IMG/VR virus record: IMGVR_UViG_3300045988_109877
Location: 1 to 61,784 of that record
Reading direction: 5' to 3' (one strand)
Source of the DNA: a virus
Length of the DNA: 61,784 bases
Part shown: positions 54,266 through 61,452 of the stretch, in pieces
How the letters are laid out: every line of letters begins with the position of its first letter
Position numbering within the stretch: position 1 is the stretch's first letter
Notes under the pieces: model-generated
What the model saw: only the letters and a program-made list of their open reading frames with translations
Databases searched by the model: none
Told to the model about the DNA's origin: nothing
Position numbers and translations under genes: made by a program

Positions 54266-56953
54266 TTATTTTATTCTTCCATCATCCTTCGGAGTTATCT
54301 CAAAGGATGCCTTTGTCAATCTTTGTCCGGGAGACATCGTGCCGACAAGCACGAGGCGGAAAGCCTTGTATGGTGTGCCTTGTATGCCGGTGATGTATCT
54401 CTCAACGCTTGACGCCACTGGCGTCCACCGCTTGTAGTCCATCGTTCCATACAAGGCTGTCTTTATCTTGTCTCCGCGGGCGATCATCGTGTTGACCGTC
54501 TTCAGCGCATCTCCGTCACCGAATGTTATCGGACGTGACACTGCGGCAACAACGACATCGTCTTCGTTCTCCTGCGACAGGTCTATAATGTCCGACCTTG
54601 TGCTCTCTACGGACACCTGCACTACGCTGTTTGGGTAAGAGTTGGCTATAGCGACAACCTTGCCTGTGCGCACCTCTCCCCATTGCTTGCTCCGGAGCGA
54701 GTAGGTGGGGGCGAAGACGTTGCTCGGATTGCAGATGAGAATCCGTTGCCTTACGTAGTCGTATGCAATACGGCTTCCGCTGAGGAACCCTTTGAACGAT
54801 TCAAACGAGATTCTGTCGGGCTCCAAGAGTTTCGTAAAGCCGGGGAGTGCAGACGGGCTGAACCACTCACCGTCCAAAGCCTCGGACAGGCACTGCGTTT
54901 GGGAGCCTTGAAGCACCATCAGTCCTCTGTTGGAAGAGAAGAGGATTGCATCGTCTATCTGCGTTATGCTGTCGGCATTATTGACAATGTCTCTTGTCAC
55001 CGGAGTGACGGAAGCGATGCCTCCGTTCTCGTTGGTCTGCAACGCCCATATTCCTTCATCGGTGAATGCGTATAGGGGGTACTGACCGAATTGCCCTTCA
55101 GACAAAGCTTGCGTTGTTGAAGACAGCCCTATGATTTCACCGAAGCCAACCGTGTTTATACCTGCCACAGGGAAGTAGAACGGCATATTTACCGCAGATG
55201 TATAGACTTTGTTGGGTTCCTTGAACACCTTGTCGGTGGTCACTGGATCAGTACCCGTTGCCGCAGTTTCCCAAAACTTGTCAGTCTTGTCCCAATTGCA
55301 TTTCTCGTCCCAGAAAGGGAACACATAGAACGCTCCGTTGAGGAAATCGTGCTGCTTCATCTCCACCTGCATATAGACAGGTTCGTTAGGAGTGGCACTC
55401 ACTCCGTTGTATATCCTCTTGGCAATCATCTTTGTGGCAAACGTGTTGGGGTAGAACCCATAGAGTCCTACGTTCTCTTGATTTAATCTGTCTTTTTCGG
55501 GAGCCACGATGAATTGTCCGGATGTGTTGTGCAGCTCATACCATACAGAGAACGAGTACGACTCGCTTCTTTCATACCGTTGTGCCGCTGATGTATTCCA
55601 TCCGCCGAAAAATTTTCGGCTGATGTTGGAAATGCTCAGCCTTGAATTGTATACAAACGCCTGTTTGGGCAACAACGATTCGTGGCTGTTGTAGTCATCG
55701 GTCATAACCTCCTTATTGACCAACGATGAGAGATAGGAATCTTGTATGTCAATCTCCCTCATAGCCGTATATTCCTTCAACTCCGATATGGGAATAGACT
55801 TGAGCAGATAAAACAAAGACTTGTTCTCCACATCCTTTTTTATCTCATCATTGGTAAACTTAGGCAAGGTGAAATACCATTTGTCTCCCAGAGGGAACGT
55901 GTTGTAATGAAGACGGAATCCGGATGTTGATGTGAAGGAGAGTATGCCGTAGTTAATACGGGTGTCTGATGTTTTAAGCTTTGCCTTGTGGCAGTGCTCG
56001 TTGTCTATCTTGTCGTATCCGCTTTGCTTGTATGTGTAAATAGGTGCGCTGATGAAAATGTCGACACTCTTTATGATGTCGCTGTAATCCTTCAAAGCAG
56101 ATGTGTTGGATAGTACATTGCACAAAAGTCGGCAAGGTGTGCAACTTATGTTTATTTTCGTTTCAGTGTTGCCCACATCCAATTCGGGTGCGATAAGATA
56201 CATAGGTTCAAAGGTGCTTGGAGTCATAAGGATAGGAGCCGAGTGCATCGTGAGTGTCGTGCCGTCATAAAGACGGTATGCGTATCTCACAAAGAAAGGG
56301 AATATGAACCGCCCATACTTGGTGTTGTTGGCGATGATCATATTCGCTATTACGCACAACTGCTGTTCCAAATCCCTTTGGTTCTCCTCCTTCATCCAAT
56401 CTAAGTTCTGCGCCTTATCCCACTTTGTTTTGAATGTCAGTTTATGGGGGAGTTCCTTGTTCTCGTTCAACGTCCAACCATCTGTAAAATCGGACATTTC
56501 CAAACCGAAGCTCAGGTTTAGTTCCGGGAGATGAGTGCCGAGATTCTTATAGACGAACACACCAGTGTCCTTGTCTTCTTTCCAAAGGAAATAGCGCATT
56601 TCGTTTTCGGAATAGGCGATGAGCGTGTTGCCCACACTCACAATCTTGGGGAGACCGGCTACATCTCCTATCTCCTTGAAAACGCTGTCGCCGTCCTCCG
56701 CTGTCGGAGACATCTGATAGTACAGTGTGTTGTCCTTGAAGAAGATGTAGTGTTCGCTTTCTGAAGTCACGGAATGCACGAAGAGTAGTCCGTACTTGTC
56801 GTTGACGTTCCACAGGCATTTACCTTTGCCGACCGCCTTCAACTCGCCTTCTTCCGGGATAAGGTTCACAAGGTGCGACATCACTCCGTCTTGTGCACTA
56901 TAGTCTGAAGGAGCATTGGAGATGCCCACAAATTCAATGTCTTTATTCATCAT
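54266..56953 (-). CDS. Large hypothetical protein (895 aa)
   Basis: This is a long uninterrupted ORF rich in beta-type sequence. I recognised no catalytic motif. A structural or tail role is possible. Confidence 0.6.
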   Translation of the reverse strand: MMNKDIEFVGISNAPSDYSAQDGVMSHLVNLIPEEGELKAVGKGKCLWNVNDKYGLLFVHSVTSESEHYIFFKDNTLYYQMSPTAEDGDSVFKEIGDVAGLPKIVSVGNTLIAYSENEMRYFLWKEDKDTGVFVYKNLGTHLPELNLSFGLEMSDFTDGWTLNENKELPHKLTFKTKWDKAQNLDWMKEENQRDLEQQLCVIANMIIANNTKYGRFIFPFFVRYAYRLYDGTTLTMHSAPILMTPSTFEPMYLIAPELDVGNTETKINISCTPCRLLCNVLSNTSALKDYSDIIKSVDIFISAPIYTYKQSGYDKIDNEHCHKAKLKTSDTRINYGILSFTSTSGFRLHYNTFPLGDKWYFTLPKFTNDEIKKDVENKSLFYLLKSIPISELKEYTAMREIDIQDSYLSSLVNKEVMTDDYNSHESLLPKQAFVYNSRLSISNISRKFFGGWNTSAAQRYERSESYSFSVWYELHNTSGQFIVAPEKDRLNQENVGLYGFYPNTFATKMIAKRIYNGVSATPNEPVYMQVEMKQHDFLNGAFYVFPFWDEKCNWDKTDKFWETAATGTDPVTTDKVFKEPNKVYTSAVNMPFYFPVAGINTVGFGEIIGLSSTTQALSEGQFGQYPLYAFTDEGIWALQTNENGGIASVTPVTRDIVNNADSITQIDDAILFSSNRGLMVLQGSQTQCLSEALDGEWFSPSALPGFTKLLEPDRISFESFKGFLSGSRIAYDYVRQRILICNPSNVFAPTYSLRSKQWGEVRTGKVVAIANSYPNSVVQVSVESTRSDIIDLSQENEDDVVVAAVSRPITFGDGDALKTVNTMIARGDKIKTALYGTMDYKRWTPVASSVERYITGIQGTPYKAFRLVLVGTMSPGQRLTKASFEITPKDDGRIK

Positions 56954-57308
56954 ACAGATTGTTTCTCGTTATCAACGGCAGAGCCGTCCCAATGTTGTCC
57001 ACCTCCACTGCGGAACCCACGGGCAGGTGAGCCTCCCTCTTTCCGCACAGAACGATGATTTTCTTTGCCAAGTCGTAGAAATTGGCACGGAGGAAATTGC
57101 TTCCGAAGTTGACCTTACGGCACACACCGCGGAATTTTCCTTTCACATTTCGTTCAGCGACATAAAGATAATATTCACCGCCCGCGTTCCACACATTGAT
57201 GGCATCGCCGGGGTGCAGACCGAGAGTCTTGCTGACCCTTGATGTTATGTCTATCTGTCCGTTCTCACGGAAGTATATATCCGGTTTCCTTGTTTCCGCC
57301 ATTCTCAT
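56943..57308 (-). CDS. Hypothetical protein (about 121 aa)
   Basis: I preferred the ATG at 57308 (MRMAETRKPDIYF) over the upstream GTG at 57383 because it abuts the previous stop. Confidence 0.4.
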   Translation of the reverse strand: MRMAETRKPDIYFRENGQIDITSRVSKTLGLHPGDAINVWNAGGEYYLYVAERNVKGKFRGVCRKVNFGSNFLRANFYDLAKKIIVLCGKREAHLPVGSAVEVDNIGTALPLITRNNLYDE

Positions 57309-57682
57309 TTCCTTAAAATTTTGAAGTAGTAAAAATCCTTGCATCGGCATCGCACCACTTTCTTCCTTGCAGTCTTGCCACACTCTATCCCATAGTCATA
57401 ATAGATGCGGTTGACGGAAGGACACGTTGCGTTGAAACCGATGGTGTTGTGCTGAAAGTTTTTCTGCAACGGAGCGAAGGGGGTGTCCTTGCCCACAAGG
57501 TCGGGATGGTTAACGCAGAACCCATACTCCCGTCCATCCGAGAACATATGAATCTTATTCTCATCCACAATATCAGCCATCACTATCTCCGCCAAGCGCG
57601 GAGATAATGTGACTGAGTTATCTGTATCATCCAACACGACATACAGCCTGTTAAGCATCTTGTCAAGAATCCGTCCAATCAT
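57305..57682 (-). CDS. Hypothetical protein (125 aa)
   Basis: ORF is co-oriented, with 4-nt overlaps on both sides. Confidence 0.45.
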   Translation of the reverse strand: MIGRILDKMLNRLYVVLDDTDNSVTLSPRLAEIVMADIVDENKIHMFSDGREYGFCVNHPDLVGKDTPFAPLQKNFQHNTIGFNATCPSVNRIYYDYGIECGKTARKKVVRCRCKDFYYFKILRK

Positions 57683-57912
57683 CGTTTTGTATTTGGGTAA
57701 ATCAATCTACTGCGGAAACTTATGGTTTCGATGTAGGAGAACGACAAGTTTCCAGTTTTCAAATCACGCATATGCCGTTCCGCGTCAGCCTTGTTATCAA
57801 AAATGAAACTGCAAATCTCATATTTTCCGGTCCCTTTGGTGTTGACTATGTTGGCATAGTACTTATACCCCAGAAGGTAGGATATTATTCGTTGAATCAA
57901 AGACATTTCCAT
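57679..57912 (-). CDS. Hypothetical protein (about 77 aa)
   Basis: I preferred the ATG at 57912 (MEMSLIQRI) to the TTG at 57957. Confidence 0.35.
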   Translation of the reverse strand: MEMSLIQRIISYLLGYKYYANIVNTKGTGKYEICSFIFDNKADAERHMRDLKTGNLSFSYIETISFRSRLIYPNTKR

Positions 57913-57972
57913 AAATAAACTTTTTACTAAGGTAATAATTAATCGCCTATCAGACAACTTTTTTTGTTAATC

Positions 57973-58818
57973 TTAAAGCTCTGTTTTCTCGTTTACTCGT
58001 TCGAACCGCTTGCACGCAGGGCGCATCTGCGATGCGTTGTATGAAGGCCACTTGCAATGTCCTTTTGCGGCGACCTCGTATCTGTAGTTGGCGCACACTC
58101 CACAGCAACGGAACTTGTCTGCCTGTGCCACGCTGATGCTCTTCAGCTCTCTTATGGCAGCGTCAATGCAAGCCTCCAATGCCGCCCGCTTGCGTTTGTT
58201 CACTTCGTTCACCTGTGCTGCCACGCTCTTCTCCTCGATGGCGATACACGCTTTTTGTATCGCTACGAGGTTGTTGATGCTCGGAGGGGTTATCTTCAGC
58301 GGCACTTCCGCGCATGCGGCTGCAAGACGTTCTGTGTATTCCTCGGCAAACTCAATCGCCATAAGCGAGAGAAACCGCACCACCTCACTCTGTGCGTTTA
58401 TGTCGGAATCCTCGACATCGTAATTGAGAGAGCGGATAAATTCCTCCACATTAAGGCGGAGGAGCGAGAACACCTTCTTCGTGTCCTCGAAGAAGCGGTA
58501 TTCTAAGAACTGCATCAATTGCAGTTCCGCACCGAACATTCCTCCAGTCAACTCCTTGTTGAGAGAACGAATGGCGTTGCCGAGGTCGCAACTGACACGC
58601 TTGTAGATAAGTTCTCCTCTGTTGTTGGTCTTGAAGTTGAAGCATAAATAGCGGAGCCTTTCCGCCTCACGGATCGTGAGCAGTGCAATGAACAATGGTT
58701 TAAGCACGAGGTTTCTGACCTTGCACGGCTGGAGCGGTTTTGGTGGCAGCTCTGGAGCCACGGCAGTGCGTCTTGCGGTCGCTGCCGTCAGTCTGATGGG
58801 GAATAGTATCATTGACAT
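57973..58818 (-). CDS. Hypothetical protein (281 aa) with a C-terminal Cys cluster
   Basis: CCGVCANYRYEVAAKGHCKWP...RPACKRF suggests a zinc-binding tail. The function is otherwise unknown. Confidence 0.5.
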   Translation of the reverse strand: MSMILFPIRLTAATARRTAVAPELPPKPLQPCKVRNLVLKPLFIALLTIREAERLRYLCFNFKTNNRGELIYKRVSCDLGNAIRSLNKELTGGMFGAELQLMQFLEYRFFEDTKKVFSLLRLNVEEFIRSLNYDVEDSDINAQSEVVRFLSLMAIEFAEEYTERLAAACAEVPLKITPPSINNLVAIQKACIAIEEKSVAAQVNEVNKRKRAALEACIDAAIRELKSISVAQADKFRCCGVCANYRYEVAAKGHCKWPSYNASQMRPACKRFERVNEKTEL

Positions 58819-59399
58819 TCGTTGATAAATCGTTCTTGTTGTTTCTGGAAAAATTCTTTGTTTATCTCACAACCTACAAAGTCAAAGCCGAGATTATACG
58901 CGGCTATCCTTGACGAGCCACTGCCTAAATGCGTGTCAAGAATCTTGTCGCCTTGCTTTGCAAAGGTCTTAATGAGATATTCGTATAAAGCCACAGGTTT
59001 CTGCGTTGGGTGTATACGTTTCTGTCTGAATAGATGACTGAATAGTTTCGCTGGCGCATTGAACGATGTCCACAAGTATTCGCACGCAGAAAAGTTCTTC
59101 CACGGCTGTCGCTTGTCCCACACAACGAAACATCTGCAAGGAGGAAGATCGAAATAGTTTCCACCGCAAATTATCTGATTCTTCGACACGCGGAACAACT
59201 CCTGGAAATATTCATCCGTAGGCGGAATATCCCATTCCATCGGCATTGTGTTCAACGCCCTTATGCACTTCTTGCCTCCTGTAATGCCTGCGCCACTCGC
59301 TTTAAGACCATAAGGAGGATCGACAATGGCTAAATCAAAAGCCTTGTCGGGGAGAGTCCGCATATACTCTATGCAGTCAATGTTGTACGCTATATTCAT
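58809..59399 (-). CDS. Beta-class N6-adenine/N4-cytosine DNA methyltransferase
   Basis: AIVDPPYGL (motif IV DPPY) precedes ILDTHLGSGSSRIAA (motif I). This is the N-4/N-6 MTase order. Confidence 0.85.
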   Translation of the reverse strand: MNIAYNIDCIEYMRTLPDKAFDLAIVDPPYGLKASGAGITGGKKCIRALNTMPMEWDIPPTDEYFQELFRVSKNQIICGGNYFDLPPCRCFVVWDKRQPWKNFSACEYLWTSFNAPAKLFSHLFRQKRIHPTQKPVALYEYLIKTFAKQGDKILDTHLGSGSSRIAAYNLGFDFVGCEINKEFFQKQQERFINECQ

Positions 59400-59402
59400 T
59401 GG

Positions 59403-59436
59403 AAAAAAGAAAGGGAGGAAACCGATACTTCCTCCC
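59403..59436 (-). terminator. Intrinsic terminator abutting the methyltransferase start codon
   Basis: The minus strand reads GGGAGGAAgtatcggtTTCCTCCC followed by TTTCTTTTTT, then CC and the ATG at 59399. Confidence 0.7.
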
Positions 59437-59450
59437 TGTTGTCCTCTGGG

Positions 59451-59610
59451 GTTAAAGTTTTTTATCTACAATAGTAGAAATTAGTTCGTTTCAATCCACA
59501 GCCTTTCGGCTGACAAAATTTTGAATCGATTTTTGTTTAAATCCACAGCCTTTCGGCTGACTCCTTCGGACACCACAGAGATAGTGAAGAGAGTATCGTA
59601 AATACAAAAA
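59451..59610. repeat. 14-bp inverted repeat bracketing the CRISPR-repeat-like units
   Basis: GGGTTAAAGTTTTT at 59451-59464 and its reverse complement AAAAACTTTAACCC at 59597-59610. Confidence 0.85.
59464..59561 (-). CRISPR. Orphan CRISPR-repeat-like units: two type I-C-like repeats (27 nt) and one Cas12a (type V-A) crRNA handle, with no cas genes
   Basis: The minus strand reads GTCAGCCGAAAGGCTGTGGATTTAAAC (59561-59535), a 20-nt spacer, GTCAGCCGAAAGGCTGTGGATTGAAAC (59514-59488), GAACT, then AATTTCTACTATTGTAGAT (59482-59464). Confidence 0.65.
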
Positions 59611-59644
59611 CTTTAACCCAATTAACAGAGGGAGGTTAATAATG

Positions 59645-60244
59645 TTAAATAAAATCGTAAATGGCGATATCGCCTTGTGGGTTCTTCTTGTTCTTCTTGT
59701 TGCGCCTCCACGCATAGGCGAACGGCATAAACTTCTCATACCACCGTGCGTCCTCCATCATGGAGCCTACATACTGGGTAAGGTTCGGCTTGTAGTCAAA
59801 CTCCACAATCTGCGCCCAGTCGCCCTTGCGGTTGCCACCGAAGAGGTGCATCAACTTGTTGCCTTTACTCCAATCTTGGCAGAACTCCTTGAAGTAAAAA
59901 ACATTATGGTTTTGCTTGTCTGGGTCTTCGAGAATCAGACGAACAAAGGCAGTTTGATTGTAGCGAATCATCAGTCTGTCCAACTTCACCAAGACATCGA
60001 TAGGCTTGACCTCGTGTGTGCATTCGTAAAGTCCGTGGGCGAAGTAAGGTTCGCCCTGCTTTGTGAAGCGGACGCGCAAGTCGAAGCATCGTGCGCCATC
60101 GTACCACTGTTCCTCAATTGTCTTGCGCTGACACCGAGCGAACGGAATCATAAACCATCCATACCACTTCTGCGGTCGGAGATAGGTCATTGAATTATGT
60201 GTGCCGATTATCGGCGTACCTTGTTTCTGTTCCATTGTCTTCAA
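59645..60244 (-). CDS. PI-PLC X-domain-like phosphodiesterase
   Basis: IIGTHNSMTY (catalytic His motif), CFDLRVR (Arg) and YFAHGLYE (second His) match the bacterial PI-PLC / PLC-like TIM barrel pattern. Confidence 0.5.
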   Translation of the reverse strand: MKTMEQKQGTPIIGTHNSMTYLRPQKWYGWFMIPFARCQRKTIEEQWYDGARCFDLRVRFTKQGEPYFAHGLYECTHEVKPIDVLVKLDRLMIRYNQTAFVRLILEDPDKQNHNVFYFKEFCQDWSKGNKLMHLFGGNRKGDWAQIVEFDYKPNLTQYVGSMMEDARWYEKFMPFAYAWRRNKKNKKNPQGDIAIYDFI

Positions 60245-60256
60245 TCAATTTTTAAT

Positions 60257-60445
60257 TCAAAAAGTAATTTGCTTAATTAGCGGCGAGTAACCGCTGTTGT
60301 TTCCTTGCGACTTAACTCGTATCAACGAATAACTGTCCGTTGCGACAATCCATTCGCCGAAAACAAACGGTTTCTTGAAACATTCGGGAAATTCAGGAGC
60401 TTCGCCTGCGAGCTTCTTCAACACGCTCTTAATCTCTTTTCTCAT
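60257..60445 (-). CDS. Small hypothetical protein (62 aa)
   Basis: ORF is co-oriented, upstream of the CRISPR-repeat-like locus. Confidence 0.4.
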   Translation of the reverse strand: MRKEIKSVLKKLAGEAPEFPECFKKPFVFGEWIVATDSYSLIRVKSQGNNSGYSPLIKQITF

Positions 60446-60654
60446 ATATTCATTCTCCTTATCTCGTTAATTTTATTAACAACTTCGCCGACTGAATTGT
60501 CGGTTGAAAACTTGTGGATAAGCGTGCAGCCATTTGCAATGTACAACGATCCGTCAATAAGTCTGACGGACAGGCTTGCGCACACTTCCTCATTTCGCTT
60601 CTGCGCCCTCCGCCTCTGCTGGCGAAGAAGCCACATCCTGTATTGCTTTATCAT
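60442..60654 (-). CDS. Small hypothetical protein (70 aa)
   Basis: ORF is co-oriented with 4-nt overlaps. It has a basic N-terminus. Confidence 0.4.
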   Translation of the reverse strand: MIKQYRMWLLRQQRRRAQKRNEEVCASLSVRLIDGSLYIANGCTLIHKFSTDNSVGEVVNKINEIRRMNI

Positions 60655-60839
60655 TTTAATAGTAATTTTACTGCGGAGAGTGCTTTTATAAGTGATTCTA
60701 AACGTTGTTTATCTATGTAGAATAGGCTTCTCGCTATTTTTCCATCTTCATACGCAGAAATCAAAACATACTCTTCATTTGCCTCTATATTTATAAAAGC
60801 ATGGTTATGTTTATCATCAATAATATCTAAGCTATACAT
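60651..60839 (-). CDS. Small hypothetical protein (62 aa)
   Basis: I chose the ATG at 60839 (MYSLDIIDDKHNHAF). The longer track ORF to 61124 overlaps the 199-aa gene out of frame. Confidence 0.4.
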   Translation of the reverse strand: MYSLDIIDDKHNHAFINIEANEEYVLISAYEDGKIARSLFYIDKQRLESLIKALSAVKLLLK

Positions 60840-60852
60840 TACTCTATTGTTT

Positions 60853-61452
60853 TTATAAAAAGACCTTGTTGTAAAGTTCGGCGAATAGTTTCCCGAATTG
60901 CGCTGCACGCTCGGATGTCTTGAAGCAAAGGCAAGAATTGATATACGCAGCCACATTCGTAGGCGTGTAATGCGTAGACATGTATTGCGCATCCGCGCAC
61001 ACGAACCCCGCATCATCATCATTATACCTGAACCGAGGAAACCACTTGTCTTGTTCACAATCCGAGAAATCGGATACAAAGCCATCTTCTTTGTTCCACG
61101 CTTCTGCAATAGTGAACAGTTCATTTAAGGCAATCAGTGCCTCAATGTGCTTGGGGTTGATGTCACTTATAAGCTTGGTGACATCATCGAATTTATTGAG
61201 GAATCCAAGAGCTTTTAACCCAAGCATTTCTCTTGCGCTCTCAAAGTCCGTAATGACTTCGTTTATGTCACCGCATTCAACTTCTTCAAGAATGAAATCA
61301 AACGGTGACAAATGACTGTCAACGTCCCGACTTTCATTGTTGTAGCTGAGGTATCTCATCAACACTCTTCCAGCTTCTTTACGTGAATTGTGGATGGCTC
61401 GCATAACAGTCTGTTCGCTTCCATCCGCGTTTTTGATAATGTACTTTTTCAT
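60853..61452 (-). CDS. Hypothetical protein (199 aa)
   Basis: ORF is co-oriented and overlaps the upstream stop by 4 nt. Confidence 0.5.
   Translation of the reverse strand: MKKYIIKNADGSEQTVMRAIHNSRKEAGRVLMRYLSYNNESRDVDSHLSPFDFILEEVECGDINEVITDFESAREMLGLKALGFLNKFDDVTKLISDINPKHIEALIALNELFTIAEAWNKEDGFVSDFSDCEQDKWFPRFRYNDDDAGFVCADAQYMSTHYTPTNVAAYINSCLCFKTSERAAQFGKLFAELYNKVFL

Noticed and set aside
59488-59561. A bona fide CRISPR array
   Set aside because: There are only two repeat copies with a 20-nt spacer, which is too short for type I-C. There are no cas genes or leader in the window, and the locus lies inside a phage operon. I treat it as repeat mimics or a mini-array, not a host-type array.
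59451-59610. A Bacteroides-style invertible promoter flanked by the 14-bp inverted repeats
   Set aside because: I found no TAnnTTTG box in either orientation inside the segment. The inverted repeats do not resemble the Mpi-type consensus, and no invertase gene is adjacent. RNA-level pairing seems more likely, but read-pair evidence was not available.
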